A stretch of DNA of 64,000 nt from a virus: positions 69,215-133,214 of the IMG/VR virus record IMGVR_UViG_3300036770_005816. The stretch is one strand, 5' to 3'. The translations under genes were made by a program, and so were the position numbers. This document shows positions 8,190 through 18,363 of this stretch, one piece after another. Under the pieces are notes generated by a model. That model searched no databases, had not been told where the DNA came from, and saw only the letters and a program-made list of their open reading frames with translations. Within the stretch, counting starts at the first letter, position 1; every line of letters begins with the position of its first letter.

Positions 8190-10111
8190 CCGTTTATGCC
8201 CAACCCGCGAGACGCGAACAACCCAACAAGGTCACTCGTAGACACATCGCGCGCCACCGTACCGCCTTCGGTAGCCACATCAACAACGCCACGCTTACGC
8301 TCAATCAGGTCGTAAATCTCCTCATCAATCGTGCCTTCGCATAGCAGATAGGTAGCCGTCACCGAACCCTTCTGCCCGATTCGGTGGCAACGACCATAGG
8401 TTTGGTCTACATCTGCGGGTGTCCACGGCAACTCCACGAACAACACATCTTGCGACGCAGTCAACGTGTGCCCGGTCTTGGCAGCCTGAATACTCAACAC
8501 AATCACGGGTGCGTCGGCGCACGACCCGTCTTGGAAACGGGACTTGTGAGCCTCCACCTCCTCCACCGGCATACCGCCCTGAATCTTCAGACCGCCGAAC
8601 CGGTTCGCGATTTCATCAACAATGTCCCTGTGGTGAGCAGCCACAACCACTTTCAGACCGGCTTCCGCATGAGACTCAATGAACTCAACGACCGAATCCA
8701 TCTTCGCTTTGGCTGCCAGCCGGCGCAAAACCGACAATTTCACCAAATGTTCGTTCGCTTCCGCCTTCATCCGGGCTAAAACGGCTGCGGACCTGGGTGA
8801 CAAACCGAGTTCCTCGGCGATTTGTTTCGCTCGTTCCACCAAATACTCGACGATGTCCCGCTCCGCTTTCCTGTACTCCAACATCTGTGCGGGACTCCCC
8901 GTGACGTACACGGGTGCGTGCCGGACTGGCGGCAACTCGGAGAGGACCTGACCTTTCGTGCGCCGAATGTAGCAGTTTCCTCTCAACTTCTCGTTTAGTT
9001 CATCAAGATTGCTGTGACCTGAGATGTTCCATTGACCGAACCTGTCTCGGAACGCACCGCAATACCGTCGGTAGAAACCCCACCTTCCGCCGAACAAATC
9101 AAGTTTCCCAAGAACTTCCAACTGGCTGGCGTACTCCGCCGGGCGGCTGGTCACCGGCGTGCCGGTTAGACACAACACGATGCCTTCGGGTTGAACGCGT
9201 TTCGCAATCTTCACGGCTGCTTTGGTGCGTTGAGCATCGGGACTCTTGACATAGTGGCTCTCATCGAACACGACGGCTTGGAAACCTGTGAGTCGCTTCT
9301 CCCAATGATGAATGTTGCTGTATCCGACAACAACCACATCGGTCGGTGTTTCGGGAAATGTTTTGCGGTCGGTAATCGTGGACACGGTGCGGTCAGGCAA
9401 CCACTTTGCGTACTCTTTCTTCCAATTCAGAACCAAGTTCGGTGGGCAAACCACCAAAACGGGGTACGAATCCATCACATACTCGACGGTCGCAATCGCC
9501 TGAATCGTCTTCCCAAGACCCATGTCGTCGGCGATGAACGACCTGCGTGCGTGCGACGCATAGGCGACACCTGCCCGCTGATACGGGAGAAGTGGGAGTC
9601 CCGCGACATCAACCTCTGCTTCTGTTGAGCGGGACATCTGTACGGACTCGTCGTGTTTGCTTCTGATTTCCTGCGCCAACAACCTGAGGTCGTCGGGAAC
9701 TTTCTCTCGGAAGTTGTCTGCCCACTCGATTGCTTCTGTTATCGACGAAACGGGTGCTCTCCACGCTTTCGTTTTGGTGTGCCAAGTAACGCTCGGTATC
9801 TGCTTTACTGCTTTCACCTTCACAGGGTCGTAGGTGAACGAGAGATAGATGTAGTCGCCTTCCAACCGCACTCCGAACACTTGGTTCAGCGGGGTCGGCA
9901 AATCAAATGTGAGTATCTGCGGGTCTACGGTGAACCCGTGTTTGTTCCCGAAGTCCCGTATCTCGGCGAGCGAGGTGGCGGGTATGCGCCATGCTTTGGC
10001 AAGTTTGTCCCATTTCGCTCCGCTGATTTGTTTGATTTCTGCGACTTGGTCTGCGTCGTACGGGAAGTAGGCGACGATGTGGTCGTCGTTGAGTAGTAGT
10101 TGTTTGTCCAC
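8186..10111 (-). CDS. SNF2-family (SMARCAL1/HARP-like) helicase
   Basis: LPYQ, ADDMGLGKT, DESH, LTGTP, QTYGRCHRIGQ; two tandem N-terminal HARP-like repeats (FPYD...WD..AWRIP / FTYD...WH..AWRAP). Confidence 0.9.
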   Translation of the reverse strand: MDKQLLLNDDHIVAYFPYDADQVAEIKQISGAKWDKLAKAWRIPATSLAEIRDFGNKHGFTVDPQILTFDLPTPLNQVFGVRLEGDYIYLSFTYDPVKVKAVKQIPSVTWHTKTKAWRAPVSSITEAIEWADNFREKVPDDLRLLAQEIRSKHDESVQMSRSTEAEVDVAGLPLLPYQRAGVAYASHARRSFIADDMGLGKTIQAIATVEYVMDSYPVLVVCPPNLVLNWKKEYAKWLPDRTVSTITDRKTFPETPTDVVVVGYSNIHHWEKRLTGFQAVVFDESHYVKSPDAQRTKAAVKIAKRVQPEGIVLCLTGTPVTSRPAEYASQLEVLGKLDLFGGRWGFYRRYCGAFRDRFGQWNISGHSNLDELNEKLRGNCYIRRTKGQVLSELPPVRHAPVYVTGSPAQMLEYRKAERDIVEYLVERAKQIAEELGLSPRSAAVLARMKAEANEHLVKLSVLRRLAAKAKMDSVVEFIESHAEAGLKVVVAAHHRDIVDEIANRFGGLKIQGGMPVEEVEAHKSRFQDGSCADAPVIVLSIQAAKTGHTLTASQDVLFVELPWTPADVDQTYGRCHRIGQKGSVTATYLLCEGTIDEEIYDLIERKRGVVDVATEGGTVARDVSTSDLVGLFASRGLGING

Positions 10112-10120
10112 GAATCTAGT

Positions 10121-10666
10121 TTAGAGTTCGTCGTCTGAGATTCGTTTCTTGATTTCGTCGGTGAACATTTGACCCAAAAGGATTGTTGTTTGGGTTAGGT
10201 GGTTGCGTTCGCTTTCGGACATTCTTGCCCATTCGGTAACAATCGAGACGAGCCTTCCTGCGTGTACGGTGTCGGTGACTGCGGTGCGTGCTTTTTGGTT
10301 GTTTTCTTTTGCCCAACCGAGAACATTTATGAGGTCTCGAATCGTTCGTTCTTCTGCTAGTTCGTCAAGCATGGAGATGATTTTGCTGTCTGCTCCGCTG
10401 TTGTGGTTTTCTGCTAAGCCGTTTTGTTCGTAAACGATTTCTGATTGTTCTAGGTACATGAGTTGGTAGTACTCCGCTACTTCCACTAGGTCGTTTGGTC
10501 GCCTACACCAAGTTCCCATTGGTGCGTTGTCTACCCGTCTCCAAGTGTCTAGGTGCCATTCCTTCATGGCGATAGATGTTCTCAGTTCGCCTAATCGTGT
10601 TCGCCGTCTGTCTCCGTCGTCGTAGTAGCCGTCGTCGATTATGAAGTCAATCATTTGCGAATCCAT
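10121..10666 (-). CDS. hypothetical protein
   Basis: 181-aa ORF in operon. Confidence 0.6.
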   Translation of the reverse strand: MDSQMIDFIIDDGYYDDGDRRRTRLGELRTSIAMKEWHLDTWRRVDNAPMGTWCRRPNDLVEVAEYYQLMYLEQSEIVYEQNGLAENHNSGADSKIISMLDELAEERTIRDLINVLGWAKENNQKARTAVTDTVHAGRLVSIVTEWARMSESERNHLTQTTILLGQMFTDEIKKRISDDEL

Positions 10667-10805
10667 TTCCCTTCGACGAGAACGAATCCCATGTGCTCTG
10701 CGTAGTCGGGGTCGTCGTGAAACGCCACATTTCGACAGTAGTCACAGATTTCGTTGTGGTAGTAAAACCGTGTAGTTGGACAAGTACATACTTCTTTTGT
10801 GTTCA

Positions 10806-11132
10806 TCAGCACTCCTCGTAGATGTTTCCGTTATTTGCTATTTTTAGTGAGCAATCTTGGTTTGTTGGTAGGTAGATGTTGTCGCCTGATTGGATTACCG
10901 TTCCGTAGACTGCGACAAGTTTGTCGGTGACCACCTGAATGTTGCCGTCGCATTTCTTTTCTGCGATGCTCCATAGCGTGTCGTATGCGAAAACCTTGTG
11001 CGGTGTCGTGTCGCAGGTGAACCGTTCAGCGTTTCTACCGCCGATTGCCAACGCCACCATTGACGCTACCGCTAATCCCAACAACATGAGCGTGTTGCGT
11101 AGGTTGCGTGAACGATACTTGTGCGTGTTCAT
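10806..11132 (-). CDS. membrane-anchored LysM-domain protein
   Basis: N-terminal hydrophobic helix; HKVFAYDTLWSIA...IQSGDNIYLP. Confidence 0.75.
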   Translation of the reverse strand: MNTHKYRSRNLRNTLMLLGLAVASMVALAIGGRNAERFTCDTTPHKVFAYDTLWSIAEKKCDGNIQVVTDKLVAVYGTVIQSGDNIYLPTNQDCSLKIANNGNIYEEC

Positions 11133-11317
11133 TTAGCGACCTTCGCTTCTTGGTCTTTTTCCCAAAGTGCTTCCGCTTTCTCTGCGATTGTGTCGTCGTA
11201 CTTGTCGGTAGCCCACACATCGTCGCTGAGTGGTAGCCACGCTGACTCAACAAGGTTGTTGGTCGCTCGTTCCCAATACTCGTCAATCGTGTCTTGGTCT
11301 TGGTCGAACAAACTCAT
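11129..11317 (-). CDS. small acidic hypothetical protein
   Basis: GGAG RBS, overlaps both neighbours. Confidence 0.55.
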   Translation of the reverse strand: MSLFDQDQDTIDEYWERATNNLVESAWLPLSDDVWATDKYDDTIAEKAEALWEKDQEAKVAK

Positions 11318-11538
11318 TTCTCCTGAACCTTGCCCTTCGTGGTGTCGAACACTTCGTCGATAAGGTTTTTCCAAACCTCGAACTGATTGTTTTCGTAGTC
11401 GCCCGTGATTGCCTGCTCGTATGTAATCTTTCCGAGAAGGTTCATCGGTATGCCGAGCACGAGTGCGTCGGTCGCCGAGTAGACGATGTTGTCTAGATAG
11501 TCCTTCTTGGTGTCGTCTGATTCTGTTGATGTACTCAT
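11314..11538 (-). CDS. hypothetical protein
   Basis: preceded by ACTACTAGGAAAGG leader and GTTACACCCC..TAGTAT motif. Confidence 0.65.
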   Translation of the reverse strand: MSTSTESDDTKKDYLDNIVYSATDALVLGIPMNLLGKITYEQAITGDYENNQFEVWKNLIDEVFDTTKGKVQEK

Positions 11539-11588
11539 TGGGTTCCCTTTCCTAGTAGTTGGTTATTACACAATACATAACATACTAC

Positions 11589-12299
11589 TCAGGGGTGTAA
11601 CACGGAAACAACCTGCTTCCGTTCTTTTCTCCGATGATTGAGATTCTGAACCACAACACCGCAACCGAGTTCCCGCCACGAGCGATACCAACCCCGTTTC
11701 GTTTTGTAACTCAGATTCGTCGGGTCGGAGAAGTATGCGAGCACACCCCAATCAAACTCCGAGACACGCAGTTCATGACCCTGTGTGTAATACGACAACG
11801 CCCGACTCCGCAAAGAGTCCCGCTCCTGAGACATACCGAAATCCGACAAAGGGAACAATTTCAAGTCCGACATCGGGACTATCAGATTTGACGGAACATG
11901 TATGTTTTTTGCGGGTCGTGCGAACTGCTCGGAAGTCAAGTCCAAGATGAAGTTGTCGGTCTCCACAAGAAGGTGTCCGCTCCAACCGCCGAAGTCTTGG
12001 GAGAAACGGGTAACCGCCACATTCCAAGCATCATCGGGAAGGTCGTTCGCGTTCGTTCCGAACATTTCGAACCCTTTGGTGTTGAAAGAAATTGCGCCGA
12101 CGGGTCGAAGTCGGTGCGGAACTTTTTGGTTTTCAAGGATTCTGCGTGCGAAGTTGCCCGCAAGAACACAAGAGTTACCCCCGTTCCCGAGAGTCCCGAT
12201 GCGTCCCGCCTCGATGTCTCGCCAACCGTCAACGATTGCGTCGAGAATGAACTTCTCTTCGTCGATGGTTATTTGTTTATTTGGTTTTATCGTTTTCAT
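11589..12299 (-). CDS. hypothetical protein (possible papain-like/transglutaminase fold)
   Basis: 236 aa; SC...GHL...ILD could be a Cys-His-Asp triad (weak). Confidence 0.55.
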   Translation of the reverse strand: MKTIKPNKQITIDEEKFILDAIVDGWRDIEAGRIGTLGNGGNSCVLAGNFARRILENQKVPHRLRPVGAISFNTKGFEMFGTNANDLPDDAWNVAVTRFSQDFGGWSGHLLVETDNFILDLTSEQFARPAKNIHVPSNLIVPMSDLKLFPLSDFGMSQERDSLRSRALSYYTQGHELRVSEFDWGVLAYFSDPTNLSYKTKRGWYRSWRELGCGVVVQNLNHRRKERKQVVSVLHP

Positions 12300-12476
12300 T
12301 TTCGTTACTCCATTTGTCGGAAAGGTTTTTTACGGCAAGGCTGAACATGAGCGACATCAAAACCAAAATCGCTAGTCCCATAACTGCTTCATACATAATA
12401 AAAAAGGTTACTGATTTGATGTCTGCTTGTCAAGGGGGGTGGCAAACAATGAACGGGACTGTTAGCCTGACCCGCA

Positions 12477-12778
12477 TGGAAAACGAACCACTCGCCGACG
12501 AAAAAACTTATGTAGTCACATGGAAAACCGTCGTAACCCTGAACCCGACAAGCGACCAAGAACTTGACGAAAGTTGGGCTGTCCTTACCGCCCGAAACAC
12601 GATGCGAGACCTTGTCGCCGACCCGGAACACCCGGACAACTGGTTCGAAGTCGAGTCAATCGGGAACAGTCCCGCGACCCGAACATATGTTCGCCTAACG
12701 GACGCGATTGACAACTACGGGACTGATAACTTCGCTGCCCGCATGGAAGCGAAGTATGGAATAACCGACCCGAAGTAA
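12477..12778 (+). CDS. hypothetical protein
   Basis: C-terminal part of track ORF 12281..12778; start uncertain. Confidence 0.5.
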
Positions 12779-12807
12779 GCCGCGGTTTCCTGACGGTGGC
12801 GGAAAGC
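12668..12807 (+). repeat. polar composite element copy (AGTCCCGC / ACGGGACT / GACGGTGGCGGAAAGC)
   Basis: motifs at 12668, 12717 and 12792. Confidence 0.65.
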
Positions 12808-12888
12808 CGGGCGGGGAGCCGCCCTTGTGCGGGTCGGGCTGTGCCTGAATCACGGGTTTCGTGATGTGATGGCGGTTCGCTACCCATC

Positions 12889-12966
12889 GCACACTTCGTA
12901 ACACCCCGTGCGTAATCTCGGTATCACCTACTAGCCCACCTTCGGGTGGAGAAAGCGAGATACCCA
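12889..12966 (+). promoter_or_regulatory. expression cassette
   Basis: GCACAC-N13-GTGCGTAAT...CTACTAGc CCACC-TTCG-GGTGG AGAAAG. Confidence 0.75.
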
Positions 12967-13455
12967 ATGTCCACCGCCACCCTTCCACCGCTCACGCGCA
13001 CCGAGCGCGTTGTTGCGTGGCTCCGCGATAACGCGGGCGACAACAACTTCCTGCGTTCCGTTCTTGCGAATTACGACCGTTGGGGTCGTCTGTCCGACAA
13101 GCAACTTGACGCGGTTGAGCGCAACATGAACCGACCCGCGCGCGTTGCGAACCCGAACCCCGTCACCGAAGTCGGCATGTACCGCGATGACGCGGGTGTC
13201 GTGTTTCGCGTGAAGTTGTCCAAGCAGGGCAGGCTGTACGCGATGCGTTTCGTTCCCGAAGCGCAGGTCAAGTCCGAGCGTTTCGTCTACGCGGGTGGTG
13301 CGGTTCGCGCACTTCGCGCGGATAACCGCATGAGCGTCGCGCAGGCGCAGGCACTTGGCGTTCAGTTCGGCATCTGCTGTGTCTGTGGCGCGGAACTCAC
13401 CGCGAGCGAGTCCGTCGCTAACGGCATCGGACCGGTGTGCGCTAAGCGCGTCTGA
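12967..13455 (+). CDS. DUF6011-like zinc-finger protein
   Basis: C-terminal CCVCGAELT..ESVANGIGPVC; N-terminal FLRSV...GRLSDKQ. Confidence 0.7.
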   Translation: MSTATLPPLTRTERVVAWLRDNAGDNNFLRSVLANYDRWGRLSDKQLDAVERNMNRPARVANPNPVTEVGMYRDDAGVVFRVKLSKQGRLYAMRFVPEAQVKSERFVYAGGAVRALRADNRMSVAQAQALGVQFGICCVCGAELTASESVANGIGPVCAKRV

Positions 13456-13471
13456 CGCGCTAGGCGGGTTT

Positions 13472-13512
13472 CCCCCGTCTCCGTACCTTCGGGTGCGGGG
13501 GCGGGGGTTTCG
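13472..13512 (+). terminator. GC-rich hairpin terminator
   Basis: CCCCCGTCTCCGTACC-TTCG-GGTGCGGGGGCGGGGG followed by TTT. Confidence 0.7.
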
Positions 13513-13549
13513 TCGTTTCTAGGGGCTTCTCCGCGCGTCTAGCAGGGTT

Positions 13550-14176
13550 CTACGGGGTCACCTTCTTGGTGCGCTTGCATAGGTGCGCCCACTTCTCCCC
13601 GTAGGTACACGGGTTCCACGGGTTCCAACCCGAATAATCGTAAAGCAGTTTCCCTGCCCGCAGGTTCGTGAGCGGGTCAAGTAACGGTTCCTGTTCGCAG
13701 ATACCCATGTCTAGACAGATACGCGCCCACTTGTTGCGTTTCAGGTCGTAGTTCACCCCGTTGATTTGGAGTAGACCCGTATCCGAGCGGTGATTCCACT
13801 CGCGTACCCGCAGGATTTCGCAGGTTTCGCTAGGGACATCGCCACCACGCAGGTTCGGACACCCGCCCGACTCCCGCAGGATTATCGCCCGCAAGGTCGG
13901 GAGATGCTCAGGTAGCCACCCCGCTTCGAGCGCCAGGTCGTCGAGCCAGTCCACCTGCCCATGCCTAAACACAATGGGGGCGGGGGCGGCGGGGAGTCCC
14001 GTCTCCGTCGCCACCCTGTCGGGTGCTGGCGGGACTACGAAATCGGGTCTAGTTTCCGAGATAATTACTTGTGTTTCTGGTTTTGCGACGTTTTCTGGTG
14101 CCGGGTCAATCCGGGAGACCACCCCGAATACTGCGCCATAGAAAATAGTTATCGCTGTTCCTACTTTGAGTAACAA
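13550..14176 (-). CDS. exported lytic transglycosylase (SLT/lysozyme-like)
   Basis: signal/TM N-terminus; IILRESGG (catalytic Glu), DTGLLQIN, NLRAGKLLY...GWNPW. Confidence 0.75.
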   Translation of the reverse strand: MLLKVGTAITIFYGAVFGVVSRIDPAPENVAKPETQVIISETRPDFVVPPAPDRVATETGLPAAPAPIVFRHGQVDWLDDLALEAGWLPEHLPTLRAIILRESGGCPNLRGGDVPSETCEILRVREWNHRSDTGLLQINGVNYDLKRNKWARICLDMGICEQEPLLDPLTNLRAGKLLYDYSGWNPWNPCTYGEKWAHLCKRTKKVTP

Positions 14177-14822
14177 AATTGTTTCCTTTGTTCGGTTGAT
14201 GTGATGTGTATTCGTTTCCGGAGTCCGTTCTCCGTCTAATAATCTGATAACAAGTATACCTGTTGGGGGTTTTCGGGGTCAATAAGCAGCGCACGTGCAG
14301 CGCAGCAGCCAGATTTTTGATTTTTTTTCGCTTTTTGGGAGGTCCTGCGGGAGGTCCTGTTGGGCTGCCCGCGTCGCCTGCTGTCTAGTCCCGCAAATGG
14401 CTTGGTTGTTGGGTTTGGTGGGCGGGACTGTGGTGTGGTGGGGTGGGGGTTGGGTCGGGTTGTTATCGGGTCGGGTGGTGGTTGGGGAGAAGAACACTTC
14501 GGTTTTTTGGTGTGACGCGGTTCACATCAGGTTTCAGGTGCGAATAACCCCGCCCGTGTCGGTTCGGGCGGGGGTTCGGTCGGCTACGGGTTCAGGGTGT
14601 CGCGTGGTGCGCGCACCACCAACACACTATGTCGTCGTGGCGGTCACTCCAAGTAGGCAGATAGTTGTCATGCCTCTCCGTCATTACATCATCACAGATA
14701 GGACACTCGCGTCCTTCGTGCTCGTTGCTCATAGGTTATTTCCCCCCTTTCATCATGAAGTAGTTCGCTACCACTATGACCACGCCGTAGGTGACTAAGA
14801 ATGTCGCTACATAGTTCACGGG

Positions 14823-15005
14823 TCATTCACCGCGCTCGGGTAGTGGTTGTATGTCCCATTTCGTGCAGTGTCCGTCGTAGCACGCTTCGCATACGACAGT
14901 GCCGTCGTACTCGTAGTCGCTTCCGTCGGGGAGTATCCCGATAGGTGCTAGCCACCACTTGTCCGTGACGGTTTCGCAGTACTCGCAGGTTCGTTCATCG
15001 TTCAT
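14823..15005 (-). CDS. small zinc-finger protein
   Basis: CEYC...CEAC. Confidence 0.55.
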   Translation of the reverse strand: MNDERTCEYCETVTDKWWLAPIGILPDGSDYEYDGTVVCEACYDGHCTKWDIQPLPERGE

Positions 15006-15331
15006 CGCGCGCACCTCACATACTTCTCGCGGATAGCGATACTGTCGTGGTGACGCGCACGCGACGGTCGGTGTGTCTTTCTCTGCCATTGACGCTGAGT
15101 CATCGTGAGATACGCGAGACGGTGCTCACGCTTGGCACGGTAGATAGCGCGGAACATCTCCGAGTATCCTCGCGCCTTCGCGTCACGCAACGCCATGACG
15201 GTTTTTGTGTCCTCTACGGGTACGCGGTATCCGCTCACCATTTCGTTGTAGATAGCCCACATAATTTTGTCGGTTTCCGTGCCTTCTTTGAGAAGGTTCG
15301 GCATACCCGATTGGGTTTCATACTTGCTCAT
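15002..15331 (-). CDS. hypothetical protein
   Basis: preceded by full cassette (15332-15408). Confidence 0.7.
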   Translation of the reverse strand: MSKYETQSGMPNLLKEGTETDKIMWAIYNEMVSGYRVPVEDTKTVMALRDAKARGYSEMFRAIYRAKREHRLAYLTMTQRQWQRKTHRPSRARHHDSIAIREKYVRCAR

Positions 15332-15409
15332 TTCGGTATTCCTTTCCCCGCCCTTCGGCGGTCTAGTAGTTGCTGATTACATTACGCACGAATCGTCGTG
15401 AAGTGTGAT

Positions 15410-15811
15410 TCACCGCGACGGGTAGAACGGAATCTGCCCCAAGTAGAACCCGTTGTCGTCGTACTGAGATGAGAGAAACGCTCGGTGCTCGTTTTCTATC
15501 TTGCGTCGCTCGTCGTCCGCGCGAAGGTCATCTAGCCACATTTTGAGACCTTCACCGCTCGCGCCGTATTCCATTTCGCCGTAGAACGGGTTCGGGTAGC
15601 CGACGATGTTGCCGACCCACTTGTCCGCGTCACGCGCCGATGTTTCTCCGCTGAATACGCGCTCGGTTGCCCAACCGTTATTTTCACCGCCCGATACCGC
15701 GATGCGGATTCGGATTAGGTACGGGTTCACGGGTGCGCGCCATACGCTCACTTCGTATCCGAGTGAGAGTGCCTGCGATTTCTTTTCCCAAGTGATTCCT
15801 AAGAGACTCAT
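15410..15811 (-). CDS. hypothetical protein
   Basis: preceded by ACTACTAG CCC-TTCG-GGG leader. Confidence 0.7.
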   Translation of the reverse strand: MSLLGITWEKKSQALSLGYEVSVWRAPVNPYLIRIRIAVSGGENNGWATERVFSGETSARDADKWVGNIVGYPNPFYGEMEYGASGEGLKMWLDDLRADDERRKIENEHRAFLSSQYDDNGFYLGQIPFYPSR

Positions 15812-16032
15812 TCTGATTCCTTTCCCCCGAAGGGCTAGTAGTTGATTCCTACCCCCCACAATAACAAGGGGGTGTAATACGGTTATCAGCGTATCGGGTC
15901 AGAACGGGTATCACGCGACAGGGGGTGTAACACGGTTTCACGACCACGCGATTTCGGATTCCCACTTTTTCGCAACGCCTTCACCCGCCCGCAAGAGACA
16001 CGCGAACCGAAACCGCACGCAGGACACGGGCG

Positions 16033-16192
16033 AGTCCCGCCCGAAAGACAGAAGATTGGAGTCCCGCGCGCGTATTCATTGTCGCGGGACTAGCGACTGT
16101 CGAGAGCGGACGGGACTGTTGGGCGGTGGCGCGCTTGTTGGGTCGCGTTGCGTTTGTTGCGTTTGTTGCGTTTCCCGACGGTGGCGGAAAGC
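16033..16192 (+). repeat. polar composite element copy
   Basis: AGTCCCGC at 16033 and 16060; RCGGGACT at 16084 and 16110; GACGGTGGCGGAAAGC at 16177. Confidence 0.75.
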
Positions 16193-16307
16193 GGGGGAAT
16201 CTTGACTCGTGCTGTCGGGTTTCGTGTGGCGGGTGAACGCTGAGAGTGTTCGTTCGGCTACTTGCTCGTACTCGTACCCTTAGTGTCACGAGTCACATCG
16301 CAGAATG

Positions 16308-16387
16308 TCACTACCGTACTACACCCGTGCGTAGTATGTATGTCATCAACTACTAGCCCGACGAGAGTCGGAGAAACGAGATACGAA
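16308..16387 (+). promoter_or_regulatory. expression cassette
   Basis: TCACTA-N13-GTGCGTAGTA...ACTACTAGc CCGAC-GAGA-GTCGG AGAAA. Confidence 0.75.
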
Positions 16388-16864
16388 ATGAGCAAGAAGA
16401 AGAAGGGCAAGGGCAAGAAGCGCGAGAAGAAGCCACTACGCGAATGGACTCAGAAAGACCATTTCCCTATCCAAGTGAACGGCAAGAAGTTTCGTTGGGA
16501 CATCATCAACGACATCATCAACGAGCGAGTCGCTATCACCGTCTCGCCGATTCCACCGAACATTCGTGATTGGAAATGCGAAGATTGCGGAGCACCCAAG
16601 CGGTACATCACCGAGCGCGAAACACCGAGCGACCACGACGACTACAAGATTATCGGGTGCGTGTTCTGCTACAAGTTCATCACTATCTATCTGAACGAGC
16701 GCAAGCACGGCAACACACCTATCCGTCCTGACCAAGTAGCGAAAGGAATCACGCGATACTACACACCGTGTTGCGGAGTCGAGATAAACCTGAGTCACAA
16801 GACGATTGAGCAAGTACGCGAAGCGTGTCGGCAAGATTGTAAGACGAGAAAGGTGGTGAAGTGA
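16388..16864 (+). CDS. basic Cys-rich hypothetical protein
   Basis: Lys-rich N-terminus; CEDC, CVFC, CC motifs; start set by cassette RBS. Confidence 0.7.
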   Translation: MSKKKKGKGKKREKKPLREWTQKDHFPIQVNGKKFRWDIINDIINERVAITVSPIPPNIRDWKCEDCGAPKRYITERETPSDHDDYKIIGCVFCYKFITIYLNERKHGNTPIRPDQVAKGITRYYTPCCGVEINLSHKTIEQVREACRQDCKTRKVVK

Positions 16865-17004
16865 TGAAACGGAGAGAATGGAACGACGCTGATAGGCAAG
16901 CGTTCGCAGACGGAGCGCGTACACGAGCGCAGACCCACGCGAACAAGAAGCGCGCGCGCAACAAGCGCGAGTGTCGGGAATACCGTTGGCGCGGAGCGGA
17001 GTAA
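16864..17004 (+). CDS. small basic protein (46 aa)
   Basis: TGATG overlap with upstream stop; read manually. Confidence 0.5.
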   Translation: MKRREWNDADRQAFADGARTRAQTHANKKRARNKRECREYRWRGAE

Positions 17005-17086
17005 TCCGCGAAACGCCATAACACCCACACCGTAAAGTGTGGATTACACAACTAGCCCGACGCGAGTCGGAGAAAGAGATGAAGTA

Positions 17087-17374
17087 ATGAGCAACTATCC
17101 GAATGACCGAGAGCGTCCAACAATCGTGTTGGACAAGCGGTACGACGCGCGCACGAAATGGGTGACGCGCGAGTATGGCGAGTTCGTCGGCAAGACAATC
17201 AAGGAAATCCGACCGATGCGTAAATCCGAATCCGAAGCGTTCGGGTGGGATTACGAGAGCGAAGATGCGTTCGCAATCGTGTTCACGGACGGAAGCGTTC
17301 TAATCCCGTCGCAAGACCCCGAAGGAAACGGAGCGGGTTGGCTATTCGTCGCAGATGCGGTGGTAGCGAAATGA
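17087..17374 (+). CDS. hypothetical protein
   Basis: hairpin leader; SQDPEGNGAG motif. Confidence 0.7.
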   Translation: MSNYPNDRERPTIVLDKRYDARTKWVTREYGEFVGKTIKEIRPMRKSESEAFGWDYESEDAFAIVFTDGSVLIPSQDPEGNGAGWLFVADAVVAK

Positions 17375-17586
17375 GCGAAATCACCGAAACGCGCATCGAG
17401 CATCGCTACACCGTCACATTCGTCGGAGCGTATTTCGTGCTATCCATTCACATCTTCGCAGAGAACGAAGAACAAGCGGTGGATAACGCAGACGCGCTAT
17501 TGGGCGACTACTACGGGTGGAATGTGAAAGATGTTTCGCAGGAAATCACCGTAGAGGACGAGGGAGATTCACGAACAACACCGTGA
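17371..17586 (+). CDS. hypothetical protein, paralog of 17957..18139
   Basis: shared VxFVGxYFV...A...A...EITVE/EVTVE pattern. Confidence 0.65.
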   Translation: MSEITETRIEHRYTVTFVGAYFVLSIHIFAENEEQAVDNADALLGDYYGWNVKDVSQEITVEDEGDSRTTP

Positions 17587-17665
17587 GCGTCACGCTCACG
17601 CCTACATCGTGCGTAATACAAGCACAACACCAACACCGACGAGAGTCGGAGAAAGAGATAAAGAA

Positions 17666-17905
17666 ATGTTCACCATACCCAACACCGAGGATTTCCACCT
17701 AGAAGTAATGGAGCGTCGTGCGCGACTCGTCGGCAAGCGCGTCCGTTTGGATTACACGAGCGACCCATACACGAAACTCGTGCGCGGTGACGAAGGCATC
17801 GTGCGAAGCATAGATGTATTCGGCACGGTACACATCGCGTGGGACAACGGAAGCACACTCGGACTCATCGAGGACGCGGGCGACTCGTTCACAATCATCG
17901 GGTGA
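17666..17905 (+). CDS. DUF4314-domain protein
   Basis: GKRVRL..TSDPY..L..GDEG.V..ID..GTVHIAWDNGSTLGL...GD. Confidence 0.8.
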   Translation: MFTIPNTEDFHLEVMERRARLVGKRVRLDYTSDPYTKLVRGDEGIVRSIDVFGTVHIAWDNGSTLGLIEDAGDSFTIIG

Positions 17906-17956
17906 AATCCCGATGCCACTACCAACACCGACAAGCGTCGGAGAAAGAGAAACGAA

Positions 17957-18139
17957 ATGAGCAAGACCGAAACGAAAGCACCGAGAAAGAATGTCATCTT
18001 CGTAGGCGACTATTTCGTCACCGTGTTCACGGTGGAAGCGAGCGACGACGACACCGCGATAGCGCAAGCGGAGCAGATGTTCGCAGACGAGTTCGGGAGC
18101 GACATCGGCTACAACGAGGTGACAGTAGAAGAAGCGTGA
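17957..18139 (+). CDS. hypothetical protein, paralog of 17371..17586
   Basis: hairpin leader CCGAC..GTCGG AGAAAG. Confidence 0.65.
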   Translation: MSKTETKAPRKNVIFVGDYFVTVFTVEASDDDTAIAQAEQMFADEFGSDIGYNEVTVEEA

Positions 18140-18206
18140 TGTCACATCACGCCTACATCGTGCGTATCCATAGCACGACATCAACCACGACAGAAAGGTA
18201 AATGAA

Positions 18207-18314
18207 ATGAACGAACCAATCGGCAAGTGTCAAGAATGTGACCGCGAGTTTCATCTTCTCGACGAGGACGAAGCGAACGAGTATTGGTACGGACACGATT
18301 GCGAAGCGTCCTGA
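18207..18314 (+). CDS. 35-aa zinc-binding peptide
   Basis: CQEC...HDC; has own cassette promoter (18142) and AGAAAGG RBS. Confidence 0.5.
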   Translation: MNEPIGKCQECDREFHLLDEDEANEYWYGHDCEAS

Positions 18315-18363
18315 CGAAATAGACAGAATGGAGCGAACCGAAAGGTTCGTTCTATTCGCGTCT

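Noticed and set aside
12792-12807. Identity of the 16-mer with the L5 stoperator (GGTGGMTGTCAAG) or E. coli Chi (GCTGGTGG)
   Set aside because: Only the GGTGG core is shared, and orientation does not follow transcription as stoperators do; kept as an analogy only.
14295-14798. 167-aa + strand ORF
   Set aside because: It spans a G/T-rich low-complexity tract containing an octamer pair; the translation is implausible and the region is probably non-coding or holds only tiny - strand ORFs.
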